A stretch of DNA of 64,000 bases from Candidatus Nomurabacteria bacterium. Its GTDB lineage: Bacteria > Patescibacteriota > Minisyncoccia > Phycocordibacterales > UBA9973. This document shows, in pieces, positions 40,349 through 49,314 of the stretch (position 1 is the stretch's first letter; every line of letters starts with the position of its first letter). The stretch covers positions 27,377-91,376 of the forward strand of contig JANPIZ010000008.1 of the NCBI GenBank assembly GCA_031425235.1. Direction: 5' to 3'. The position numbers were made by a program, and so were the translations under genes. A model generated the notes under the pieces. The model saw only the letters and a program-made list of their open reading frames with translations. It made no database searches and was not told where the DNA came from.

Positions 40349-42463
40349 ATGGAACTGCCAGAAATACCTAAAAATAGAGATATGACATATCTTGGTTTGA
40401 GTACCTACCGAGACAAAAATCAGCTTTTTGGTATCAAGCGTAAAGACAGGCGTCAGCATGTGTATCTTCTCGGAAAGTCAGGTACGGGTAAATCCGTGCT
40501 TATGTTCAACATGATCATCCAAAACATCCAAAATGGGGATGGCGTGTGTCTCGTTGATCCGCACGGTGAAAACGTCGAAGGAGTACTTTCCTCTATCCCT
40601 CCACATCGCGTCAAAGATGTTATATATTTTAACCCGGCTGACGCTGAACATCACATCGGTTTCAATGTTCTCGAACTTGTTGATCCTCAATATAAACATC
40701 TGGTAGCGTCCGGGCTCATGGGTATATTTACGAAAATTTGGGCCAATGCGTGGAGTGCTCGAATGGAATACATCTTGAACAATACGATACTCGCGCTTCT
40801 CGATACGCCTGGCTCTACGATGCTCGGTATTCCGCGTATGCTCGTGGACAAGGACTATCGTCAAAAAATTATTGCGAACCTGAAAGACCCGGTGATCAAG
40901 GCTTTTTGGATTCACGAGTACGAAGCATGGCAAGATAAATTTCGAAATGAGGCTATCGCTCCGATTCAAAATAAAGTCGGACAGTTTCTGTCGACAGCTA
41001 TCATCCGAAACGTTGTCGGTCAGTCGAAAAGTACGATCAACATTTTCGACATGATGAATGAAGGAAAAATTTTCCTCGTGAACGTATCCAAGGGCCGCAT
41101 CGGTGAAGACAACTCAGCACTTCTTGGAGGTATGATCATTACCAAAATCCAGCTTGCAGCCATGGAGCGCGTGCGTATCCCCGAGGAGAATCGAAAAGAT
41201 TTTTACTTGTATGTCGACGAATTCCAAAACTTCGTAACAGATGCGTTTGCCAGCATTTTGTCTGAAGCTCGAAAATACAGATTGAATCTCACTGTGGCTC
41301 ACCAATACACTGCACAGCTCGTGTCAGATAAAAGCACAGCAGTGCGTGACTCTATTTTCGGTAACGTGGGTACTATGATCATTTTCCGCGTCGGTTCTGA
41401 CGATGCTGAATTCTTGGAAAAAGAATTTGATCCCGAATTTACTCCGCAAGACATAGTTAATCTTCCGAACTATAAAATATATTTAAAGCTCATGATTGAC
41501 GGGATAACGTCGAGACCTTTTTCCGCAAAAACTTTACCGCCTATGGTGAAGTCTGGTGATCCAGAAATCGAGAAGGCCGTAATCGAGTCATCCCGTGCTT
41601 TGTATTGCAAAGCAAAGGCTGATATTGAAAGGGAAATAAATGACTGGAGTGGCATGTCGCTTGGCGACGACGGGAATAACGTCCCAGGAAACATGGAAAA
41701 ATTTCCTGCTGTGTGTTCATTTTGTAAAAAAGAAACAACAGTACCCTTTAAACCCGAAAAAGGTAGACCTGTGTATTGCAAGGACTGCATTGCAAAAATA
41801 AAGGCAGGAGAAATAAAACCAAACAAAGACTCAATCGAACAAGTGCGAAGAGATGAAGTAAAATTTTATAAACCCCTTGCTGACCTCGGGATAGAATTCA
41901 CCGCTAAAGATACTGAAGATACAAATGACCACGCTCCAAAAGTAGCGACAGGTTCTTTTGGTAAGTTGATACCACGAAATGAAGAATCGGACGGCAGAAT
42001 CAAGCAGCACAAACCTTTTATTAAAAGACCAAAGATAGATGGATTCAAACCAAAGCCTCCTCGGGTACCCGGCGAGAATCTAGCTTTACGACAAGCTCTC
42101 AATAAAATTGCTCCTCAAAAACCACAAGAAGAGCCAATGCCCCTTGAAGTTAAAAAAGAAATTCTGCAAAAAGTCGTCGAACCTATATCACTCGAAGCTC
42201 TTAAAAATAAAATGAAAGATATCAGGACTATTCCGAAGGACCGGTCAGCGAGTGCAACTGATATGAATAAATTAAAGGATTTGATCAGTGCTTCCGTTGC
42301 GAATTCGCCAAAAAAAGAGCTTTTAGAAACACCAGAAAATAAATCAGAAGAACGAGTCGATCAAGATGATGGAAACAAAAATACGAACTCAGCAACAAGC
42401 TCAGGATCTACACCACAGCCGAAAGAAGTACCAGAAGATGTGTTAAGAAAAATTTTGGAATAA
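40349..42463 (+). CDS. HerA/DUF87-TraD/VirD4-like P-loop ATPase, paralog 1 (704 aa); has a ~270-aa K/P/E-rich tail containing a CxxC-x19-CxxC zinc ribbon
   Basis: Walker A GKSGTGKS followed by VDPHGE (DUF87/HerA hallmark); Walker B-region YLYVDEFQNF; TraG-D_C-like region; C-terminal CSFCKKETTVPFKPEKGRPVYCKDC. Confidence 0.7.
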   Translation: MELPEIPKNRDMTYLGLSTYRDKNQLFGIKRKDRRQHVYLLGKSGTGKSVLMFNMIIQNIQNGDGVCLVDPHGENVEGVLSSIPPHRVKDVIYFNPADAEHHIGFNVLELVDPQYKHLVASGLMGIFTKIWANAWSARMEYILNNTILALLDTPGSTMLGIPRMLVDKDYRQKIIANLKDPVIKAFWIHEYEAWQDKFRNEAIAPIQNKVGQFLSTAIIRNVVGQSKSTINIFDMMNEGKIFLVNVSKGRIGEDNSALLGGMIITKIQLAAMERVRIPEENRKDFYLYVDEFQNFVTDAFASILSEARKYRLNLTVAHQYTAQLVSDKSTAVRDSIFGNVGTMIIFRVGSDDAEFLEKEFDPEFTPQDIVNLPNYKIYLKLMIDGITSRPFSAKTLPPMVKSGDPEIEKAVIESSRALYCKAKADIEREINDWSGMSLGDDGNNVPGNMEKFPAVCSFCKKETTVPFKPEKGRPVYCKDCIAKIKAGEIKPNKDSIEQVRRDEVKFYKPLADLGIEFTAKDTEDTNDHAPKVATGSFGKLIPRNEESDGRIKQHKPFIKRPKIDGFKPKPPRVPGENLALRQALNKIAPQKPQEEPMPLEVKKEILQKVVEPISLEALKNKMKDIRTIPKDRSASATDMNKLKDLISASVANSPKKELLETPENKSEERVDQDDGNKNTNSATSSGSTPQPKEVPEDVLRKILE

Positions 42464-42464
42464 C

Positions 42465-44228
42465 ATGCATAGTGAAAATAAAATCTGCCAAAATTGTAAA
42501 ACTGAATTTGTTGTAGAACAAGCAGACTTTGATTTTTATAAAAAAATGAAGGTACCAGCTCCGACATTTTGTCCGATGTGTCGTGCACAAAGGCGGTGGA
42601 ATTTCCGTAACGAACGAGGTTTTTATAAAAGAAAATGTGATTTTTCCGGAAATCAAATTTTTTCTATGTATGCATCAGATTCACCAATCAAAGTGTATGA
42701 ACGAGAGGTTTGGTTTTCTGATGTGTGGGATCCAATGGATTATGGACGGGATATTGATTGGTCACGATCATTTTTAGCTCAAATTTACGAACTGATGCTT
42801 GAAGTGCCTTTTAAGTCGAATAATGTCATTCGGGGGGTGAATAGTCCGTACGCCAACAATGCTACTGACCCTAAAAATTGTTACCTGGTTTTTAATTCTA
42901 CTAGTGCAGAGGATTGTATATATGCAAATGGTGTAAATCATTCGCGGGATTGTGTTGATATATCACATGTATCAAAATCAGAAACATGCTACGGGAGCTT
43001 TTGGCTGGATACGTGTTATAAAACGCATTTCTCTTCCGAGTGTGCTGATTCAAGCGATTTGTGGTTTTGCCGTGACTGTTATGGGTGCATGAGTTGTTTT
43101 GGATCAGTAAATCTTCGTAATAAAAGTTATTACTTTTTTAATAAAAAATATACTAAAGAAGAATATGAACAAAAAGTAAAAGAGTATAAACTTCATACAC
43201 GAGATGGATTTGAAAAAGCACGGGACGATGCTACGGGATTTTGGAAAAAGTTCCCAAATAAAAATCACCAAGGAGTAAAAAATATTGACTCGACTGGTTC
43301 ATATGTTACCAACTCTAAAAACGTAAAAGATTCTTTTTTAATACGTGAAAGTGAAAATCTACGTTATTGTCAATATCTACAAGAAAGTCCCGGTACAAAA
43401 GATTGTTATGATTATTCAAATTGGGGCGCAGGGGCTGAGCTCATCTATGAAGCTATCTCCTGTGGCTCAGGAGCACAAAATATAAAATTTGCGTGGCTTG
43501 GGCAGGAGTCTGTGCACGACCTTGAGTATACTATGGCATGCACCAGTAGTTCCAATAATTTATTTGGATGTGTAGGATTACGTAAAAAAGAATATTGCAT
43601 TCTGAATAAACAATATTCAAAGGAGGAATATATTAAACTCGTTGAAAAAATAAAGATCCATATGAATGATATGCCGTATATAGATAAAGGTGGTCGTATA
43701 TATAAGTACGGTGAATTTTTTCCAAATGAATTTAGTCCATGGGCTTATAATGAAACTCTTGCTCAGGAATATTTTCCTCTCACAAAAAATGAAGCTTTAG
43801 CTAAAGGTTATCGTTGGCGTGACCCGGATACAAAAGATTATAAGCCTACGTTGCACCTAGGTGAATTGCCAAACGATATTACTCAAATGGACGATTCAAT
43901 ACTTGAAGAAATTATTGAATGTGCGCATAAGGGTCAGTGTAACCAGGGATGTACCAAGGCATTTCGTATTATTCCAAATGAGCTCAACTTTTATCGAAAA
44001 ATTAGTGTATCTATACCCACGCTCTGTCCAGCATGCCGTACCCTAGAGCGGCTTAAAATGCGTTTAGGTGTTAAATTATACGAAGCAATATGTATGTGTA
44101 GCGGTGACAACGAAACTGAACATTTTCATGGCAAAGCTCATTGTGAAAATAAGTTTAAAACAGGATATGTTCCTAGTGAAGGTGATATTGTATATTGTGA
44201 ACAATGTTATCAGCAGGAAGTATACTAA
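42465..44228 (+). CDS. Cysteine-rich zinc-ribbon-rich protein, paralog 4 (587 aa); starts 2 nt after the ATPase stop
   Basis: Same family; C-terminus ...VYCEQCYQQEVY. Confidence 0.7.
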   Translation: MHSENKICQNCKTEFVVEQADFDFYKKMKVPAPTFCPMCRAQRRWNFRNERGFYKRKCDFSGNQIFSMYASDSPIKVYEREVWFSDVWDPMDYGRDIDWSRSFLAQIYELMLEVPFKSNNVIRGVNSPYANNATDPKNCYLVFNSTSAEDCIYANGVNHSRDCVDISHVSKSETCYGSFWLDTCYKTHFSSECADSSDLWFCRDCYGCMSCFGSVNLRNKSYYFFNKKYTKEEYEQKVKEYKLHTRDGFEKARDDATGFWKKFPNKNHQGVKNIDSTGSYVTNSKNVKDSFLIRESENLRYCQYLQESPGTKDCYDYSNWGAGAELIYEAISCGSGAQNIKFAWLGQESVHDLEYTMACTSSSNNLFGCVGLRKKEYCILNKQYSKEEYIKLVEKIKIHMNDMPYIDKGGRIYKYGEFFPNEFSPWAYNETLAQEYFPLTKNEALAKGYRWRDPDTKDYKPTLHLGELPNDITQMDDSILEEIIECAHKGQCNQGCTKAFRIIPNELNFYRKISVSIPTLCPACRTLERLKMRLGVKLYEAICMCSGDNETEHFHGKAHCENKFKTGYVPSEGDIVYCEQCYQQEVY

Positions 44229-44230
44229 TT

Positions 44231-46000
44231 ATGGAAACTAAAAAGTGCCAAAATTGTAAAACTGAATTTGTTATTAAGAAAGAAGATTTTAATTTTTACG
44301 AAAAGATAAAAGTGCCTGCTCCTACATTTTGTCCGGAGTGTCGACTTATTCGACGGATGATGTGGCGTAACGAGCGTTCATTGTTTAAGCGGACCTGCGC
44401 AAAAACTGGCAGAGATATCATTACGATGTTTCATCCGGATGCTCCTGTGGTGGTGTACGATCACGATGTGTGGTGGGGCGATACTTGGGAACCAACTGAT
44501 TATGGTGCTGTGTATGATTTTTCAACACCATTTTTTCAGCAATTTAAAGAATTACTTAAAAAAGTACCACTTGCTACCCTCGGGAATCAAAATTGCCCGG
44601 GGAGTCCTTACGGCAACCACAATGCGGACTGTAAGCTTTCCCACCTCCTATACGCTTCGTTTGACAATGAACGAGTGAGTTATTCTCACGGAGCTCTGGC
44701 TTCGAAAGATTGTTTTGATATGTATAAAACATTACATTCCGAGCTTTCATATGGCGATACGTTATGTGCGGGCCTATATAAAACACATTTATCTTATAAT
44801 TCTGACGAATCTCTTAACTCAATGTTTCTTAAGCATTGTATGAACTTGCAAGATTGTATTGGCTGCGTGAATTTACGAAATAAAAGTCATTGCATTTTTA
44901 ATGTGCAATATTCTAGAGAAGAATATGAACAAAAAAAACAAGAGTTTGATTTTGGAAGTTATAAAAATTTAGTTGATTTTGAAAACAAGTTCAATGAATT
45001 TACACTCACATTCCCGAATAGATATGCAAACAACATAAGATCAGCGGACGTTTCTGGTGACAATATCATGAATTCCAAAAATGCTAAACATTGTTTTGAT
45101 TTATACGGCGAGGTGCAAGATTCCAAATATCTAATTCATATTGTAAACATGAAAGATAGTTATGATGTGTATGGTGGTGGAGCTGGCGCCTCTCTTGTTT
45201 ACGAAGGAGTGGATGCCGGGTTACAAATATCAAATCAGCTTTTTTCTGTATTATCTCATGGGTGCCTCGATACAAATTATACGTACATGTGTTATGGCTC
45301 GAAAGATCTTTTCGGATGTATTGGGTTACGTAATAAGCAGTATTGTATTTTAAATAAACAATATACTAAAGAAGAATATTTTGAACTTGTTCCAAAAATT
45401 ATTGAGCACATGAACACTATGCCGTATATAGATGCAAAAGCTCTCGTGTATACATATGGTGAATTTTTTCTAAGTGAAATTTCTCCGTTTTCCTACAACG
45501 AAACAATCGCTCAAGAGTATTTTACAAAGACAAAAAAACAAATAGCTGAACAAGGTTTTAAATATAGAGAACCAATACATAAAGATTATGTTATAACTAT
45601 AAAAAATAAAGATTTGCCTGACCATATACAAGAGATCTCAGACTCTATTTTAGACGAAATTATAGAGTGCCCAAACAATGGACAAGAAACGACTCAGTGC
45701 ACTAAAGCTTTTAGAATTATAAAAAGTGAATTAGATTTTCTTAAAAATAATAATATTGCCTTACCTAGGTATTGCCCAAACTGCAGACACTATAACCGAC
45801 TAAGACAACGAAATCCATTTAAATTGTGGCATCGCATGTGTCAGTGTGGTGGGGTAAGTTCTCAAAATGGAAAATATAAAAATACAATAGTACATACACA
45901 TGGCGACACAGAATGTTTAGTTGAATTTGAAACTTCCTATGCACCAGATCGACCCCAGATAGTGTATTGCGAGAAATGTTATCAGCAAGAAGTATATTAA
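44231..46000 (+). CDS. Cysteine-rich zinc-ribbon-rich protein, paralog 5 (~589 aa). Start placed at METKKCQNCKTEF by homology with paralogs, not at the ORF-track ATG 44204.
   Basis: Same family; ends ...VYCEKCYQQEVY. Confidence 0.7.
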   Translation: METKKCQNCKTEFVIKKEDFNFYEKIKVPAPTFCPECRLIRRMMWRNERSLFKRTCAKTGRDIITMFHPDAPVVVYDHDVWWGDTWEPTDYGAVYDFSTPFFQQFKELLKKVPLATLGNQNCPGSPYGNHNADCKLSHLLYASFDNERVSYSHGALASKDCFDMYKTLHSELSYGDTLCAGLYKTHLSYNSDESLNSMFLKHCMNLQDCIGCVNLRNKSHCIFNVQYSREEYEQKKQEFDFGSYKNLVDFENKFNEFTLTFPNRYANNIRSADVSGDNIMNSKNAKHCFDLYGEVQDSKYLIHIVNMKDSYDVYGGGAGASLVYEGVDAGLQISNQLFSVLSHGCLDTNYTYMCYGSKDLFGCIGLRNKQYCILNKQYTKEEYFELVPKIIEHMNTMPYIDAKALVYTYGEFFLSEISPFSYNETIAQEYFTKTKKQIAEQGFKYREPIHKDYVITIKNKDLPDHIQEISDSILDEIIECPNNGQETTQCTKAFRIIKSELDFLKNNNIALPRYCPNCRHYNRLRQRNPFKLWHRMCQCGGVSSQNGKYKNTIVHTHGDTECLVEFETSYAPDRPQIVYCEKCYQQEVY

Positions 46001-46027
46001 ATTTTATGTTAAAATAGAACAAAATCA

Positions 46028-47485
46028 ATGCCAAAGCCAAATCGAGTACAAATAATCAAATACGCTCCACCACCACCTGAGCTGCCGGTGTTTGGCAAGG
46101 TGAACGCTGAAGATGTTTCATTTATAGGACATACCAATTACGTGGCCGCTCTTGAAGAGAAGAAATTTATTTTCGGAATCAAGCGTGTTGATCGAAGGCG
46201 ACATTTGTATATTATCGGAAAGTCTGGAGTGGGGAAAACAAAGCTTCTCGAGCTTTTTCTACGTCAGGACGTATCGTACAATCACGGTTTTTGTTTGATC
46301 GATCCCCACGGCGACGTGATCGATGCGATGCTCGACTATATACCTCGGGAGCGTATTGAGGATGTATGTCTCATCGACCCACCTGATATTGATTTCCCCG
46401 CATCTTTCAATCCGCTTGCTAATGTGGACCCACTTTTTAAATTCCAACTCACCCAAGGGCTCATCGAAGTATTTCAAAAACAATTCGGCGCAAACTGGAC
46501 ACCACGTCTTGAGCACGTGTTTCGTTTTACGTGTTTGGCGCTTCTCGACTATCCGCACGCAACTATGCGGGGGATGATTTCGATGCTCACTGACCGAAAT
46601 TATCGCCAGAAAGTAGTGGAGTATATCACCGATGATATGGTGAAAAGATTCTTCGCCATTGAATTCGCCGATTGGTCGGAGAAATTCGACACCGACGCTA
46701 TTATCCCGCTCGTGAACAAACTCGGACAGTTTCTCTCAGACCCGCTTCTTCGGAATATTTTCGGACAGAAGCAAAACAAAATAGATATTAGCAAACTCAT
46801 GAACGAAGGGAAAATAATACTTATCAATTTATCGAAGGGTCGCCTCGGTGAAGAAAACTCATCATTCCTTGGTTCTATGTTTTTAACAAAAATAAAACAG
46901 GCAGGGATGGAGCGAGCGAGTATGCCTGAGTCAGCGCGAACTGATTTTTATATTTATGTGGACGAGTTTCAAAATGTGGTTACTCAAACTTTTGAAAATA
47001 TTTTATCTGAGGCAAGAAAATATGGACTCAACCTCACCATGGCACATCAATATGTGGGGCAAATCATCCCGCAAGTTCATAAAGCTGTGCTCGGTAACTG
47101 CGGAAGTATTATTACGTTTCGTATTTCTGGTGAAGATGCAGTAAAAATGAAACCGGAATTTGCGCCACTCTTTGACGTGAAAGACATGATCAACCTTGCA
47201 GTGGGAGAATTTTATGTAAAGATGACGATCGATGGTGAATCATACGACCCTTTTTCAGCTGAAACATTGCGAGTACTTCCGCCCACACATCCATCGTATA
47301 GACAAGAAATCATAGATGCATCTCGTAGAAAATATTCAATATCAAAGGACGATGCAGCGAAACTTATCATTGAAGAGGAAGCAACTATTATTCGAAGTGC
47401 TGAAGAGAAAGCAATTATTGAAGGTAAAGGAAAGGGTCCAGAAACTACTTCGCAAGTTTCCCAAGAAGCTGAACCAATGATTTAG
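46028..47485 (+). CDS. HerA/DUF87-TraD/VirD4-like P-loop ATPase, paralog 2 (485 aa, no C-terminal tail)
   Basis: GKSGVGKT Walker A, IDPHGD, YIYVDEFQNV; collinear with 40349-42463. Confidence 0.7.
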   Translation: MPKPNRVQIIKYAPPPPELPVFGKVNAEDVSFIGHTNYVAALEEKKFIFGIKRVDRRRHLYIIGKSGVGKTKLLELFLRQDVSYNHGFCLIDPHGDVIDAMLDYIPRERIEDVCLIDPPDIDFPASFNPLANVDPLFKFQLTQGLIEVFQKQFGANWTPRLEHVFRFTCLALLDYPHATMRGMISMLTDRNYRQKVVEYITDDMVKRFFAIEFADWSEKFDTDAIIPLVNKLGQFLSDPLLRNIFGQKQNKIDISKLMNEGKIILINLSKGRLGEENSSFLGSMFLTKIKQAGMERASMPESARTDFYIYVDEFQNVVTQTFENILSEARKYGLNLTMAHQYVGQIIPQVHKAVLGNCGSIITFRISGEDAVKMKPEFAPLFDVKDMINLAVGEFYVKMTIDGESYDPFSAETLRVLPPTHPSYRQEIIDASRRKYSISKDDAAKLIIEEEATIIRSAEEKAIIEGKGKGPETTSQVSQEAEPMI

Positions 47486-47600
47486 TTTTTGGCCAAGAAA
47501 CAAAATCAATTCTATAAAGCAATCTATCTGGCTGTGCTCAGCCAGCGAACTGCTCGCTCAGCCCCGCTGCGCAAGGCTTTTTAGAAATTATTTATATTTC

Positions 47601-47629
47601 TTGACCGTGAGGGCTATATAAGTATAATA
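47601..47629 (+). promoter_or_regulatory. Sigma70-type promoter TTGACC-N17-TATAAT upstream of dnaJ
   Basis: Motif spacing read directly. Confidence 0.45.
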
Positions 47630-47634
47630 GACCC

Positions 47635-48723
47635 ATGGCAAAGGATTATTATGAAACATTAGGAATAAATAAGGGCGCTTCAAAGGAGGAAATTAAAAAA
47701 GCCTTCTATAAGCTCGCACATAAATACCACCCTGATAAAAAGGAGGGAAATGAAGCCAAATTCAAAGAGGTAAATGAAGCCTATCAAACTCTTTCTGATG
47801 ACACGAAACGCTCAAAATACGATCAATTTGGTGCTGGGTATGAGAATATGGGTGGAGGACATTCACATCAAGGTGGCGGATTTGAAGGCTTCGATTTCAG
47901 TGGTGCTGGAGGTTTTGGAAATGGCGGAGCTGAATTTGATTTTGGAAACTTGAATGATATTTTTAGTGATTTTTTTGGCGGCGGCGGGCGACCTCAGGCA
48001 CGACGCGGTCGCGACATATCGACCGAAATACAAATTTCTTTTTCCGAGTCAGTGTTTGGTGTAACTCGAAAGGTGCTCATTACCAAAACTTCCACGTGTC
48101 TTACGTGTAAAGGTTCTGGCGCAAAAGTTGGCACTAATATGGAAACGTGTAAATATTGCAACGGACAAGGTACTATTCGGGAAACTAAACGATCATTCCT
48201 CGGCAATATTTCTAGTACAAAAATATGTGATACATGTTTGGGTACGGGCGAAGTTCCAAAGGAAGTATGTGCTACCTGTAAAGGTAAAGGGGTATTTCGT
48301 CGTGAAGAGGAAGTTTCTATTGCCATACCTGCAGGCATACGTGATGGGGAAATGATTCGCATGACTGGTATGGGCGAAGCAATTTCTAAAGGTACCACCG
48401 GCGACTTGTATATAAAAATAAACGTTGCACCACATCCGATATTTAAACGTGAAGGTAGTGACGTGGTCATGACTCTCGACCTGAAGCTTTCTGACGCACT
48501 TCTAGGTACGAAATATCTAATTCAGACTCTTGATGGTGAAATAGAAGTCACGATACCAGAAGGAGTTTCTATAAATGAAATATTGCGAGTGCGCGGCAAG
48601 GGTGTGCCGAGTGCCAAGAATAAGCGAGGTGACTTACTAATCAAGCTCAACATAAAGCTTCCATCAAAAATTTCACGTAAATCTCGCGAACTCATCGAAG
48701 CTCTTAAAAAAGAGGGAATATAA
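47635..48723 (+). CDS. dnaJ: Molecular chaperone DnaJ (Hsp40)
   Basis: J domain with HPD (YHPDKK), G/F-rich region, four CxxCxGxG zinc-finger repeats, C-terminal domains. Confidence 0.95.
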   Translation: MAKDYYETLGINKGASKEEIKKAFYKLAHKYHPDKKEGNEAKFKEVNEAYQTLSDDTKRSKYDQFGAGYENMGGGHSHQGGGFEGFDFSGAGGFGNGGAEFDFGNLNDIFSDFFGGGGRPQARRGRDISTEIQISFSESVFGVTRKVLITKTSTCLTCKGSGAKVGTNMETCKYCNGQGTIRETKRSFLGNISSTKICDTCLGTGEVPKEVCATCKGKGVFRREEEVSIAIPAGIRDGEMIRMTGMGEAISKGTTGDLYIKINVAPHPIFKREGSDVVMTLDLKLSDALLGTKYLIQTLDGEIEVTIPEGVSINEILRVRGKGVPSAKNKRGDLLIKLNIKLPSKISRKSRELIEALKKEGI

Positions 48724-49313
48724 TGATACCTGAATATTTTATTTTTGTTTCGGTAGCCCTGAATCTTATTGGGATATCTTTTTATATTAGAAGTATTTTA
48801 CGTGGAGAAACAAAACCAAATTTAATTTCATGGTTTATGTGGATGATCGCGCCTTTTTTGGGTGTATTTTTTCAGCTTAAATCCGGAGCAACATTTTCTG
48901 TACTTCCAATATTTATGGCTGGCTTTGATCCTTTATTGGTTATACTTGTTGCTCTTTTTGTAAAAAACGTTTTTTGGAAAATAAATACTTTTGATATAGT
49001 GTGCGGTATTTTTTCTTTTTTCGCACTTATTTTATATGTCATTACTCATAACTTGGCTTTATCGATTTGTTTTGCGATATTGAGTGATGCGTTAGCATTT
49101 ATACCTACTTTTATAAAGGGTTGGAAATTTCCAGAATTTGAATCTGTGCAGGCGTATAGTTGGTGTATAGCAAGTAATATTATTGGACTACTAGTAATAA
49201 AAGAATGGAATTTCACTACTTATTCTTTCGGACTTTATCTTATCGTGTTTAATATAGCTATGAGTTTAATTTTATATCGCAAAAAGATTATATTTTGGTA
49301 TACTAATAAGTAA
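48723..49313 (+). CDS. Hypothetical polytopic membrane protein (196 aa); start overlaps the dnaJ stop
   Basis: Multiple hydrophobic helices. Confidence 0.4.
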   Translation: MIPEYFIFVSVALNLIGISFYIRSILRGETKPNLISWFMWMIAPFLGVFFQLKSGATFSVLPIFMAGFDPLLVILVALFVKNVFWKINTFDIVCGIFSFFALILYVITHNLALSICFAILSDALAFIPTFIKGWKFPEFESVQAYSWCIASNIIGLLVIKEWNFTTYSFGLYLIVFNIAMSLILYRKKIIFWYTNK

Positions 49314-49314
49314 T

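Noticed and set aside
44204-44230. ORF-track start of Cys-rich paralog 5 at 44204, overlapping paralog 4
   Set aside because: All other paralogs begin 4-9 residues before the first CxxC. The ATG at 44231 (METKKCQNCK) fits the family and leaves a 2-nt spacer.
30508-46000. Cys-rich paralogs as canonical 4Fe-4S ferredoxin-domain proteins
   Set aside because: The spacing is CxxCxxCxxC or CxxCxxC without the CxxCxxCxxxCP pattern and companion Cys. Metal binding is plausible, but ferredoxin-type clusters cannot be asserted.
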